DNA of 63,446 nt, filler included, from Globobulimina sp. (Eukaryota), in NCBI GenBank assembly GCA_003354225.1. It is 26 parts of 26 records of this genome, joined end to end, with 100 filler letters (N's around TTAATTAATTAA, not from the genome) between each part and the next. Parts side by side here need not be neighbours in the genome. Positions count along the whole stretch, not along the records: positions 1 to 2,346 come from PIVH01007251.1; positions 2,447 to 4,792 come from PIVH01007252.1; positions 4,893 to 7,237 come from PIVH01007253.1; positions 7,338 to 9,682 come from PIVH01007254.1; positions 9,783 to 12,127 come from PIVH01007255.1; 21 more parts are not named here. The stretch is one strand, 5' to 3'. The notes under the pieces are model-generated. The model did not search any database and had not been told where the DNA came from. It was given only the letters and a program-made list of their open reading frames with translations. The position numbers and the translations under genes are program-made. Positions 1 through 10,951 of this stretch are shown piece by piece. Positions within the stretch are counted from its first letter, which is position 1, and the number at the start of each line of letters is the position of its first letter.

Positions 1-190
1 AATTATTGCCACAGCTTTCTTTAGTCCATAGGATAACGGAATATATTATTGTATTCACATAACAAACCGAATTAAAAAGTTCAAAAAAATGGAACCTATC
101 TGATTGATTAAAAAGTTCATGAAGCAACCAACCACAAACTAAAATTTTTTTTTCTCACTTTTACATTGAATGAGAGCAAGCAACCAAACC

Positions 191-247
191 AAAAACGGGA
201 AGATAATGGCTTCTGAAAAACGGCTTCTGAAAAACGGGAAGATAATG
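191..247. repeat. Short composite direct repeat (AAAAACGGGAAGATAATG x2, GGCTTCTGAAAAACGG x2)
   Basis: Read directly from the sequence. Confidence 0.8.
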
Positions 248-1453
248 TTTGGCAAAGTGATTTGTGTGGTAGAATTGTCAGTAACTCAGTGCATTGAGTG
301 ATATAACTTGCGTTATATGTTGTAGTAGTGAATATATTGTAGTGGTGATTCAACCAAAAAACAATTTCTTTCTAAAATCATCTTAAATTCCAAGCATCAA
401 CCACTTTTTTTTCACCCCTGTGATATGTATGCTAGTGTTCTTTGAACAGGTCCACATTTCAACTGTGTCAATTTTAGATTCGCTATATTCATTTACTTTA
501 TTTATCTTACAATAATCACAGTTAGTTTTAAGCGATTTTCTTTTTTTACTTAACTTTGCACCGCAAATACAAATCGCTTGTTTACTGTCACGGTCACCTC
601 GATATTGCTTTGCACCATTTCCATAAACTTATCATACGGTGCATAATATCCCCATTTTTCTATATCATTTTCCGTGATGGCTGTTGGAGATGGATTTGCT
701 GATCTACCGAATATTGCTGATCTATCGAATATTATTTCATCTTCATCACATGGCATATATTTGCCTTTATCAATTTTATTAAACCATCCCCTTGGTATAG
801 GAGCATTTGATATTCCTATATTCAATTCCATGGCACAATGTGAATAAGTGCAATTATCATGTGATTTTGAATAGTAATTGCATAAATTAGGTAAACATAT
901 TTTAGGTATTGTTAATGAATGAATTTAGGTATTGTCGTTTGTGAGGTGTATAAAATTTGTCTACTTTTTATTTTAGAATCGTATTCTACACAAAAAGTAT
1001 TTTATTGATCTGAAAACTATTTTTGTTAAAAATGTACGGAAATTTTTTTAATCCAACATCATTAATGCTAGCTAAATTTTCAGATTTTTCAACATTGATT
1101 GCTTGATCATGTCACAAAGAGTCAACAAAAAAATTTCTAATATCGATTTTTGTGATCTTCATAAAAAACTGTATCTAAGTACATAACATCAATATATATA
1201 AGCATCAATATCAATGAAATTTAACAACATTAAGTTAATTCATTAAATAATTTAACAATCTCAACAATCTTAAAAAATAGGTTTCGGAGTCCGTTTTTTT
1301 GGTACATGATTTGCGCAGAAATGCTGCATTTTTTTTTAAACAATGAATCTGCGTACAAAGTGCAAGGAGAAACTGTAATCATATTTTGTGTCAAGAAACT
1401 GTATATCATATCATTTTTATGGATAACTTTTTTATTAAAAGGTTTACAAATAT

Positions 1454-1709
1454 GGCTTTCCTATATGTACTGAAAATTTCCCGTTGTCTGAAAAGTTTTT
1501 TTCCTTTTTCATGATCATATCGAACACCTCGGCAATCTCTTTGCATGTATCATCTTAAGTCTCATTATATTTGGCGAAAACACGTTGATATGCAGCAAAA
1601 TAAGTGTCGTATCCATATTATTGTCGCTTAGCTCAAGAAGAGCCCTGGCTAGATCCAGAAGATTCAGGTTCGAAAAGTTTTTGAAAATTTCAGTACATAT
1701 CGGAGAGCC
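1454..1709. repeat. Imperfect inverted repeat pair, MITE/foldback-like
   Basis: 1454-1480 GGCTTTCCTATATGTACTGAAAATTTC is the reverse complement of 1683-1709 GAAAATTTCAGTACATATCGGAGAGCC at 24/27 positions. A weaker outer pair lies at about 1345-1364 / 1740-1757. Confidence 0.6.
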
Positions 1710-2346
1710 CCTTAAAAGTATGTAATGTTTGCATAAACGTGCATTTGCACAGATTCTTAAAAACGTAGAGAACATTATTTAGCATTTTATGTAAATGTAT
1801 GTTTTTTTAAACGTACAACATGATATCACAGAAATTAGTTGAGCGTCAATTTATTTTCTGCGACATAAAAATTGCGTTGAAACAGAAACTCAAGTTATCT
1901 TCGTCGCACCTTTTTAAAAACACACATAATTATGGTTCATATATGTTGCAACGAATGGTAATAATCCATTGGATAAAACATACATGGTCCAAATTGAAAG
2001 TATCTCAATTTAAGCATATTCAAGGTAATCGAAAATCGTCATCTGTGATCATCAGACTTTTGATTGTTGAGACAGGTTTATATTTGACTTTTTAGGCTTA
2101 GGCTTCTAAACACTTCTTTTGTGATCGGCAAGGTTTTTGGGTTCAATCAACAAATGTATCGAATGAAAAATTCTACAATACCTCAAACAATGAGTTACTT
2201 GAAAAAAACAATAAATAAATAAATATAAAAACATTTTAATTACATATTTGCAGCCATTCTTGCTTTAATTAATAAAAACTTTTGTTTGTCTGATATGTAT
2301 CGCATGGCACTGATGTTAATATTCTCGTTTTCATTTTCATTCTCAA

Positions 2347-2446
2347 NNNNNNNNNNNNNNNNNNNNNNNNNNNNNNNNNNNNNNNNNNNNTTAATTAATT
2401 AANNNNNNNNNNNNNNNNNNNNNNNNNNNNNNNNNNNNNNNNNNNN
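2347..2446. other. Artificial contig-joining spacer N44-TTAATTAATTAA-N44, first of 25. The others start at 4793, 7238, 9683, 12128, 14573, 17018, 19463, 21908, 24353, 26798, 29243, 31688, 34132, 36576, 39020, 41464, 43907, 46350, 48793, 51236, 53679, 56121, 58563 and 61005.
   Basis: Identical 100-bp block about every 2445 bp, with stops in all six frames. Flanking fragments are size-sorted and unrelated. Confidence 0.99.
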
Positions 2447-3141
2447 AAACTGATAATTATAATTCAGATATCGACAATGAAACTGATATATGTTCTCACG
2501 ATGATCCAATGTATCCTGATCATGATTGTAGCTATGTTTGTGATGATTACTTAGATAATGAGTGGCGAATGGATTATATTTCAAGTTTTAATCAAGACGG
2601 AAATACAGTTTTTGTATACAATGCATTTGTGGAGAGTGATATTGATAATTTACAATGTACAAAAAAGCAACATAATACCTCACAAACATTATCAAAAATA
2701 TATTTACGGTTAGGATGCGATTGTAAATATCAAAGTGAATCTTTTTTGGAGTCCATCACTGTGAATATGGAACCTTTTGGTGATATTGACGAAGATTATT
2801 GGTCGTGGACATTAGATTTAGCAAATGGTGATATTCAAGAATTACAATTAGTTTTAGCCGGAGAGAATATGGAGATGAGTTATAGTGATATGACATTAGT
2901 TGGGTCTGACCGTCGTTGTACATCTTTCGATATGATAAAAGTACCAAATCCATGTAAAAGCATTTGTAATAATGGTGAATGGCAAAAATGGAGTACATTT
3001 GGCCAATGTAGTGAAGAGTGTGGTGGTGGCTATAAGTATAAAACAAGAGAATGTGTTTCTATTTGTGATGGTCTTACAAAAATTAATAATTGTTATGGTG
3101 AAAATAATCATATGTCACCATGCAATACAAATGAATGTTAA
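2447..3141 (+). CDS. Probable extracellular protein with C-terminal thrombospondin type-1 repeat (likely 5'-partial)
   Basis: NGEWQKWSTFGQCSEECGGGYKYKTREC...CNTNEC matches the TSP1 WxxW..CS..CG.G...R.C pattern. Confidence 0.8.
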
Positions 3142-3353
3142 GTTGTTTTGACTTTTGTAATTTGTATACGTATTTATTTTATTTTATTTGTCTTTTGTAT
3201 TGGTTGGGATTTTTTTTGTTTTTTTTTCTTTCAAAAATGACATCATATATATTTACCCTACTTTTTTATTCGATACTTGGATAGTGAGCAACCTTTCAAT
3301 TTAACAAAACAAACAAACAAAAACATAAAAAACAAACAAATTAAACCACGGAG

Positions 3354-4790
3354 TTATCCGCGTAGCCTTCCACCAATTGCCATTTCAGAGACAGTTTCTT
3401 CTTTTTCGTAAACATTTGGTACCGGTACCGACAAATGTTTTGAATGGCGATTATTTTGTTTACATTTATAATTTGCATTGCGTCTAAATTCAACGACACC
3501 GATTGGTTTTTCTGGTCTGCCTTCATCTTTGGCAAAAACATGACAAACCCCCAAATTTGATGCATATAATGATTTATAGAGATTTTGTGCTAAGTCAAGA
3601 TTTCCAGCTGTTGCTAATTTTACATTTTCCAAATAGTTACAACGTAAAAATAATTTCCTTATGATTGGTCGCAAAATGATTGTTAAATAATCATTTTGTC
3701 GTAATGCAATTTCAATTATTTTTATTTTTGGGCAGTTTGGATATTGTGATTTTTGTCCAGCAATATAATCCAAACAACGAATAGATAAAAAATTTTCATG
3801 TAGCGCATATCCGGAGGAACGGGTATAACCAAAAAAAAATAAATATTGTAAATTTGGCAAATGTTGATTGATTATCCAACTGTCATCGGCCAGCAACGGC
3901 AAACATAAATGTCTCAAGGTTTGCGGTAAAATGTTGCTTTTATTTAAGACCACCGGATTCTCCAATATCACTCTCTGTGTTTGCCGATTGTAAACAACTA
4001 TTTGCGACTCGAAAAATTGCAATTTTGGACTGTATTTAGACAATAAACTTGTAAATACATCCAAACAAATCAAATTATATGCATCCATTTTAAATTTACG
4101 TAGATTTAAAAAATTACTAAACACCAATCGCAATAATGTCTCGGTTTGGAATATTTTTATTGATGTAGGGGCACTATTTGCTAATCGATATGGGCCGCCG
4201 TGCAGTGATAATTTAAAGGAATGCAATGAGTGACAACACACACTTGCCAAATTACGAAAAAATAATTCAATTTCTTTGCTATATTTGAGAGCCATATAGC
4301 CGTTGACTCCATTATTGATATTTGTTACGTAAATACCGGTGCCGTACAGTAATGATAATGGTGTTTCTGGATTGTTCCAATTTAATTCAAACCGGGTTAA
4401 ATTCTTAAATGATCGACGCATTACATTTAACGATACACATGTTAATTTATCAATTTTTATACATAGTTTTTTCCAACATAATGGATGTGAACATAATAAA
4501 TTCATTTCGCGACAGACTAAGCCTAATCCGCTTGCTTTGGAGGATGTGTCCAAAAACTGAGCAATTAGTATCCAGGTTGAATGACACAATTTATTTAAAT
4601 AATTGACATAATCATAATTAGCATAACCAATATAACCCGCATAGCCCGCATAACCATAACTAGATTCTGAATGGGCAGATGAATACATTTCATTTTCATT
4701 AATATTTGATAACATATGCTTTTCATCACTCTCATCATCATCAAGATCATCAACATCATCAATGGAAACGTCTTCACTCCATTTTCTTTG
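3354..4790 (-). CDS. F-box protein with LRR-like/RNI-like C-terminal region (5'-partial)
   Basis: WILIAQFLDT...LGLVCREMNLLCSHPLCWKKL is F-box-like and is followed by LxxLxL repeats. The frame stays open to the contig edge through an acidic tract. Confidence 0.7.
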   Translation of the reverse strand, partial: QRKWSEDVSIDDVDDLDDDESDEKHMLSNINENEMYSSAHSESSYGYAGYAGYIGYANYDYVNYLNKLCHSTWILIAQFLDTSSKASGLGLVCREMNLLCSHPLCWKKLCIKIDKLTCVSLNVMRRSFKNLTRFELNWNNPETPLSLLYGTGIYVTNINNGVNGYMALKYSKEIELFFRNLASVCCHSLHSFKLSLHGGPYRLANSAPTSIKIFQTETLLRLVFSNFLNLRKFKMDAYNLICLDVFTSLLSKYSPKLQFFESQIVVYNRQTQRVILENPVVLNKSNILPQTLRHLCLPLLADDSWIINQHLPNLQYLFFFGYTRSSGYALHENFLSIRCLDYIAGQKSQYPNCPKIKIIEIALRQNDYLTIILRPIIRKLFLRCNYLENVKLATAGNLDLAQNLYKSLYASNLGVCHVFAKDEGRPEKPIGVVEFRRNANYKCKQNNRHSKHLSVPVPNVYEKEETVSEMAIGGRLRG

Positions 4791-4892
4791 ATNNNNNNNN
4801 NNNNNNNNNNNNNNNNNNNNNNNNNNNNNNNNNNNNTTAATTAATTAANNNNNNNNNNNNNNNNNNNNNNNNNNNNNNNNNNNNNNNNNNNN

Positions 4893-4940
4893 TTGTTGGT
4901 GGATTTGTTGGTGAATTTGTTGGCGGATTTGTTGGTGAAT
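4893..4940 (-). repeat. 12-bp tandem repeat encoding SPTN/PPTN (mucin-like Pro-Thr tract fragment)
   Basis: About 4 copies of TTGTTGG(T/C)G(G/A)AT at the contig edge. Confidence 0.7.
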
Positions 4941-4991
4941 CAATTTTATATCAATTAATATTATTGCAATTTGAAATATATTAATTGCAGT

Positions 4992-7052
4992 CTATATATA
5001 TTGGATTGGATTGTCTTTCAACCATGTTTCAACATCCATATTGTGACCAATATCATGTAATAATTGTTGAAAACATTTGAGTGGGCCAACTAATTTTGGT
5101 ATGTTGTCAATAAAACCTTTCAATATTTTACTAAAATGAGAATTTGAGAGGAATATAGGTGTGGCGGATTTAGCTCTATTATATGTATAGTAATCGTTAT
5201 GTTCAATCAATAAAGGTGCGATGTTGTTATTTTTCGCAAACATTACCCATTCAATATGCGATTTAAATTTATTCCAATTTGTATCACATTTGAGATCGAT
5301 ATCTGTAAATACTGTGGCAAGTTTATTCCATTTTTGATTTCCTTTTTTTGGAAGTTTTGATGCTGAATAATATTCCGGAAATTTTTCAATTAAAGTTAAG
5401 TAATACCATGTTCTATCATAAATTTGTCGCATTTGTTTTGTTAATGTGTCTTGATTTTTTCTTAATTTAATTAAATTTGTCAATTGTTCAACCATTTTCG
5501 GACCACTCTTCGGTAAGTCATCCGTTTGTATATTATAAGATTGTAAACCATAATTAAATATAGATTGATATTTATTCTTTTCCGCATCCGATAAATCCGA
5601 TCGCTGTGTTTTAATATAAATATAGAACATAAATTGATCCCTAATCAATTGCTTCCGTGGCTTATCAGAGGACTGTAGATATTTTTTAATATTTTTAGCA
5701 AACTCTATTATCACAGGAACACGTTGTTCAAATTGTTTTGTTTTTAATGCTGCAAAATTACCTATTTTGATGGCTGCTTCACCACCAAAAGGTTTTCCCT
5801 TTTTACTTACAGTAACATCATGTCCATTGTGTTTTGCTTTCTTTGTAGTTCCTCTTTGGCAATGCGAATAATCAAAGCGTCGCTTTCTTGACTTAATATT
5901 TGATGGACACATTGGTAATAATAATCGTTGTACATTATTCCCAATATCAAAATGTGGGAAATATACTCTTGTTTTGGCTGCAGTTAATGGGCATGGATTA
6001 TTTACATTTAATAAAAAATCTGATTGTATATTGCTATCTGTCAATAATTGTAAATAAACAGATATGCAATAATTTGTCAATTCATTTTTTGGAGTATTTG
6101 GGAGTTGCTTTGAATGATATAAATGAATATATTTACATAATAATTCAATATAATTATCCAATATTAATTGTAATCCTTTATTTTTAAATATTAATGTATT
6201 ATTTTCAATCATGTGGGTGAACTCATCAATTAATGCCGCTAACATAATCATTCCCGCATTAACATTTATTTTTTTCTGTTTAAATTGTATTTTATCCGTA
6301 ATATTTTTTGTTAATAAACATGTCGCACCAAACATAGTATTACTTTGTGCCGATAATATCGTCATACATTGTGCATACAATTTATATTTGTGATTTGGAA
6401 TATTACCAACATCATTCGGACAAATAGCGCCTAGCTCAAATGGATAGATTGCATGTAATGATGGTTCAAATTGTGTAGGCACAGCAAAACCCGGCAATGC
6501 ACATATTGCAGATTCACCGCCAAACAAAGATGAAATGAATGGGATATTAAAATATTGATTTAATAATTTATTTTTAACTGCTACTGAACAATCATTGTTA
6601 AATGCATCAAAATAGTTTGATCTTTGATTTTTCGTAACAGCGATTGTGATTATACTTCTCCGGCGCGAATCTAATATATATTTATACATTTTATTTGAAT
6701 GAAGAGATCGTACATTCTTTTCCTGTGCTTTATGTGGATGAATGTTTTTGTTTTTAAAAGTAATATCAAGTGCATTTTTTGCAGCTTGTGCTTCTTGTAA
6801 TTTTATACATTTATTTAATTGTATTTTTTGTTGTGATTCACTCATTTGTGATATTTTATTTTTTAGTATATTTTTATACATATTATTACACCAAATATTA
6901 TTAAATCCTGCCAATGGAATTTGTGCAATTGCTTCTTGCAAACGTGCGGTATTACACGTTCCAACAGAATAATAATCAATCAATGCCTTGATACATAAAA
7001 TCTGTATTTCTAAATGGTATATTTGTAATCCATACCACCAACTGTATAACAA
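4992..7052 (-). CDS. Hypothetical protein, 686 aa, intronless, basic central region
   Basis: Long stop-free ORF in very AT-rich DNA. No motif recognised. Confidence 0.65.
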   Translation of the reverse strand: MLYSWWYGLQIYHLEIQILCIKALIDYYSVGTCNTARLQEAIAQIPLAGFNNIWCNNMYKNILKNKISQMSESQQKIQLNKCIKLQEAQAAKNALDITFKNKNIHPHKAQEKNVRSLHSNKMYKYILDSRRRSIITIAVTKNQRSNYFDAFNNDCSVAVKNKLLNQYFNIPFISSLFGGESAICALPGFAVPTQFEPSLHAIYPFELGAICPNDVGNIPNHKYKLYAQCMTILSAQSNTMFGATCLLTKNITDKIQFKQKKINVNAGMIMLAALIDEFTHMIENNTLIFKNKGLQLILDNYIELLCKYIHLYHSKQLPNTPKNELTNYCISVYLQLLTDSNIQSDFLLNVNNPCPLTAAKTRVYFPHFDIGNNVQRLLLPMCPSNIKSRKRRFDYSHCQRGTTKKAKHNGHDVTVSKKGKPFGGEAAIKIGNFAALKTKQFEQRVPVIIEFAKNIKKYLQSSDKPRKQLIRDQFMFYIYIKTQRSDLSDAEKNKYQSIFNYGLQSYNIQTDDLPKSGPKMVEQLTNLIKLRKNQDTLTKQMRQIYDRTWYYLTLIEKFPEYYSASKLPKKGNQKWNKLATVFTDIDLKCDTNWNKFKSHIEWVMFAKNNNIAPLLIEHNDYYTYNRAKSATPIFLSNSHFSKILKGFIDNIPKLVGPLKCFQQLLHDIGHNMDVETWLKDNPIQYI

Positions 7053-7337
7053 AAACAGTTTCTTAATAATATAGTTTCGGATTTATAACAAAGAAAAAAC
7101 ATATTTATGCAAGCACCTACATATGGCCATCAATTCCAAAAACATTTTCGAGTACCAATTTTTTATCACTTTGCTGTTGAAAGCATAAATAATTTAACAA
7201 CAAATTTGCTTTCTGTAGCACAAATATATTACTTTTGNNNNNNNNNNNNNNNNNNNNNNNNNNNNNNNNNNNNNNNNNNNNTTAATTAATTAANNNNNNN
7301 NNNNNNNNNNNNNNNNNNNNNNNNNNNNNNNNNNNNN

Positions 7338-7856
7338 ACATTGGCTTTTTTCGCCCTGATGATGGTTATGGTATTTTCATCAAACATATTGATTTTTGGT
7401 TTAGTTGCAACGTTCGCATTTGTGTGCGATACGGTGTTATCGATCAGCATTGTTTTGTTATTTTTGCAGAGATTAAAGATGATAGCGACTGATTTTGGTT
7501 ATAGTTATGAGAGTGATGCAGCGAAAGAAGTTGATGCTATGATTGGTAATGACAGCGGCGATGCATTAAATTATATCGATATTATTACGAGATATGCGTT
7601 GCTTAGTTCTCTTGCGGTGTTTTCATGCGTTGTATGGGAATATTTAGTGGCAAGTGATCTGTTATCGATTGGATTAAATCCGAGTTTAAGTACAGCCGAT
7701 GAGATATCAATAATTAAATTGATTCAATGGCTATTATTGCCGGTTGATGCCATATTAAATGTGTGGTGTATTTATTTTAACAATGCATTTTCGACCACTG
7801 TGTATTATAAAGTGTGCGGAAAATGTCATATGTCATGCAAGAAATGTGTAACTTGA
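7338..7856 (+). CDS. C-terminal half of a 7TM/GPCR-like membrane protein (5'-partial)
   Basis: Four hydrophobic helices ending in DAILNVWCIYF...YYKVCGKCHMSCKKC (helix-7 plus a Cys-rich helix-8-like tail). Confidence 0.6.
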   Translation, partial: TLAFFALMMVMVFSSNILIFGLVATFAFVCDTVLSISIVLLFLQRLKMIATDFGYSYESDAAKEVDAMIGNDSGDALNYIDIITRYALLSSLAVFSCVVWEYLVASDLLSIGLNPSLSTADEISIIKLIQWLLLPVDAILNVWCIYFNNAFSTTVYYKVCGKCHMSCKKCVT

Positions 7857-8099
7857 ACTTATTAATGTGTGTACAGTATTATTTCTTGTGATGTGTCTAA
7901 TTAATATAAAACACTCTAAATATAGTCGTGCAGTCGAAATAAGAATCGTTACACGGTTCAAATTGTATATTTATACATATCTGTTTCTAAAATAAACATT
8001 TCCCTTATAATTACTTTTGATGTTTTCGCTTAGATTTAATTTGTACGTAAAGTTTTAGCTTCTCATTCTTCCAACGCAATTGTCAGAGCATCTGCGTGC

Positions 8100-9359
8100 A
8101 TGGCAGACCAATCAGATACATCTTCCACGTCATCTGGATCCAACACAACGGTTGATTCGTTATCAAAAATACCACAAAACCTTTTGAACATCAATGCAGC
8201 ATTCGACATTCGGAGATTACTCACCAACATTCTATTAATATTATTCCGTTATCATCCAAATGGTGTATTACAATCAGAATTAGCAACGTTTATTGTGATG
8301 AACTCCGATTTAAAGCATTTATTGACGACTCATCGATGTATAAACATCACCAAAACCGAACATGGTTTGCTATATACATTAAATCGAAAAGAAATACTAA
8401 ATACATACAGATCATTTAAAAATGAATTATTGATCATTGTTGAAACATATTTAATTGAACATATACTGCGATTATTTGATTTTTTCCCCAATGGAATTGC
8501 CTCAATTTGTTTTGATGAAACTTTTGAGAAAATATCTCAATATAAATTGTCAGATGTTATCCCATTTTGGTACCAATTCGTGTTATCCATTCCATTCATT
8601 ATTTGTGTTAAAATGCGTGGTTTGAATGTATTGATGAATACCGCCAATATGCAAACTGTAAATCACTTCGATTGCAACAAAATATTAACAAAACCAGTTG
8701 GTTATAAAGCATTGTTTACCGCTCATTGCACCAAAGCTTATTGCAACAAACAAGAATTAGAACAGTCATTTTTATCACATTTTAAATGGAAAATACGCTC
8801 CGAATCGCCATATATTGCAAATATATTGAACGATATGCAAATAATTGAGTATATGCATAGTAATAATAATAAATCGCCGTATCGCGAGGACCATTGTACA
8901 GTGTTTATGGGCGGATTTCCGCGTAAAACGAGTATAAAAAAAGTGTGCTATGAATTGGATAGGATCGGTTTCAAAGTTGTAAGATGCACGGAATTTAAGT
9001 ATAGAAAATATGGATTTACGTGGCTTACTCTTGCGAGCGACAACGAAGCTGACTATTTGGTGAAAATGTCACCTATAAAAATTATGGGCATTAAGATTGA
9101 TGTTCGACCGTTTATAAATAGAGAGAGACAAAAAAACATTAAACCAACGAATCAAATTATATTGAAAACGATGGTTAAATTAGTAAATAATAGTTTGGAC
9201 GGCAAGGGACTGTCCATTCGAGATATACAGCCTGTTTTATTCAATATGTTTTCGCATAGAATATCTGGGACGGATTTAAATGACATTGTTAAAGAAAATG
9301 CAAATTGTTTAAGTATTAAAATTGATGAACATGGCACTGAGAGAATATGTTGCGTATAA
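8100..9359 (+). CDS. RRM-containing RNA-binding protein, possibly with LOTUS/OST-HTH-like repeats
   Basis: RNP2-like TVFMGGFP and RNP1-like KYGFTWLTL, ending IKIMGIKIDVRPF. Repeated '(HP/FP)NG' and 'GKGLSIRDI' helical segments. Confidence 0.65.
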   Translation: MADQSDTSSTSSGSNTTVDSLSKIPQNLLNINAAFDIRRLLTNILLILFRYHPNGVLQSELATFIVMNSDLKHLLTTHRCINITKTEHGLLYTLNRKEILNTYRSFKNELLIIVETYLIEHILRLFDFFPNGIASICFDETFEKISQYKLSDVIPFWYQFVLSIPFIICVKMRGLNVLMNTANMQTVNHFDCNKILTKPVGYKALFTAHCTKAYCNKQELEQSFLSHFKWKIRSESPYIANILNDMQIIEYMHSNNNKSPYREDHCTVFMGGFPRKTSIKKVCYELDRIGFKVVRCTEFKYRKYGFTWLTLASDNEADYLVKMSPIKIMGIKIDVRPFINRERQKNIKPTNQIILKTMVKLVNNSLDGKGLSIRDIQPVLFNMFSHRISGTDLNDIVKENANCLSIKIDEHGTERICCV

Positions 9360-9490
9360 TGTTGGGTTACGTATATTGTTTTTTTGTTGTGTAAAATACA
9401 GTGTATATTATATTGTTTTATTTGATTTTCAGTGAATTGTGTTAATTTAAAATTCGTTTTCATTAAAATTTTGTTCGCTTTCTGCAACAG

Positions 9491-9592
9491 TAAATTGGTA
9501 GCAATGCAAAGTAAATCCGTTTGATAAATTAACATTAAATTGGTTGCAATGTAAAATAAATCAGTTTTAATAAAAATTAAATTGGTTTGCAA
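9491..9592. repeat. Degenerate tandem repeat of about 45 bp (TAAATTGGT(A/T)GCAATG...)
   Basis: 2-3 imperfect copies visible. Confidence 0.6.
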
Positions 9593-9783
9593 ACAAAAAC
9601 CAGTGCACAATCCACGAATAATATGTTGACGAATCCATTGACCGGATACTCTTTAAAAAAAACTTAAAGTAGGTTTTTGAAANNNNNNNNNNNNNNNNNN
9701 NNNNNNNNNNNNNNNNNNNNNNNNNNTTAATTAATTAANNNNNNNNNNNNNNNNNNNNNNNNNNNNNNNNNNNNNNNNNNNNA

Positions 9784-10674
9784 TATAGAAATAATATTAT
9801 CAATAATAAACAAAATAAATCAAATGCAAAGTTTACAATACTTTCGAATAATGATTACACCTCAGACAATTATCAAAATCAATTATTTTTAATTAAACAA
9901 TATTTAGATTTAAATGGAATGTATTGCACAGAACATGGGATAGAAAATTCGTTGATATTTTTAAATAATAAAACAAAAAAATTAAATGAAATAATAAGAT
10001 TGCAGCGTATTCGAAAACATAAAAGAATACAATCATTAAATGGAGAATGTGGAGTTAAAGCATTGATAAATATTCCTAAACATGCCATTATTGGACAATA
10101 TATCGGCACTCAATTATTTCAAAATGAATATAATAATTTTAATGTAAATCCATATGTACAGCAATTTGAATTACACAATAAATTCGCATTTAAAACCAAA
10201 TTGCCACAAACAAATAAATCAATGATCATTGATGCATTGCATCATAGTTTAAATTCAAAAGAAGATTGTTTGATAAATATGATTAATGATTGCAGAGAAA
10301 ATCTAAAGCATTGGAAACCAACAGAAATGGATAATAAATATCATAATATTGATTTCATCCATGTTTTAGTCAATGACTGGCCGATAATATTTGTGATAAC
10401 CAGAAGAGATATTAGCTGTGGTGAAGAATTAATGGCTCTTTATAATGCCGGCTGTGTCCCCAACAGCGGTGTCATTGTAATGGAGCAGAATGGATTGCAA
10501 GTTGTGGGTGGAAAGCAGCAATATATTAAAAGCGATCGAAGCATTGCTTATATTATGGATGACGTAAAAATTTGTTCCACATCAAAGTGGATTGAACGAT
10601 GTTTCAAAAGTAATTTTGAGGAATTTAATGAAAAATATAATCAACATATGGGTATTTATATATTTCTGTTATAG
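9784..10674 (+). CDS. SET-domain protein (putative lysine methyltransferase), 5'-partial, 3' structure uncertain
   Basis: GECGVKALINIPKHAIIGQYIG, INDCR (variant of RFINH.C) and TRRDISCGEELMALYN. Confidence 0.75.
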   Translation, partial: YRNNIINNKQNKSNAKFTILSNNDYTSDNYQNQLFLIKQYLDLNGMYCTEHGIENSLIFLNNKTKKLNEIIRLQRIRKHKRIQSLNGECGVKALINIPKHAIIGQYIGTQLFQNEYNNFNVNPYVQQFELHNKFAFKTKLPQTNKSMIIDALHHSLNSKEDCLINMINDCRENLKHWKPTEMDNKYHNIDFIHVLVNDWPIIFVITRRDISCGEELMALYNAGCVPNSGVIVMEQNGLQVVGGKQQYIKSDRSIAYIMDDVKICSTSKWIERCFKSNFEEFNEKYNQHMGIYIFLL

Positions 10675-10951
10675 TTATAGTTAAATTGTAGGTTTGCGGG
10701 ATTTCGCAACTATAGATATGTGTACATACATTCTGCAATACAATAGTTCGTTGATGCAATTTGTAGTGCGGACTGTGCGGTGACACTATGTCTCAGTATT
10801 TAAGTTATTGTAGAATGTATTGCAGAATGTATGTACAAATATGTAGAGTTAAATAGCCATATCAATAATATACATATAAAAAGATGCAAACGAACATAAA
10901 AATGATGCAAACGAACATAAAAATGTTTCTGATGAAATATATTATGGAACA

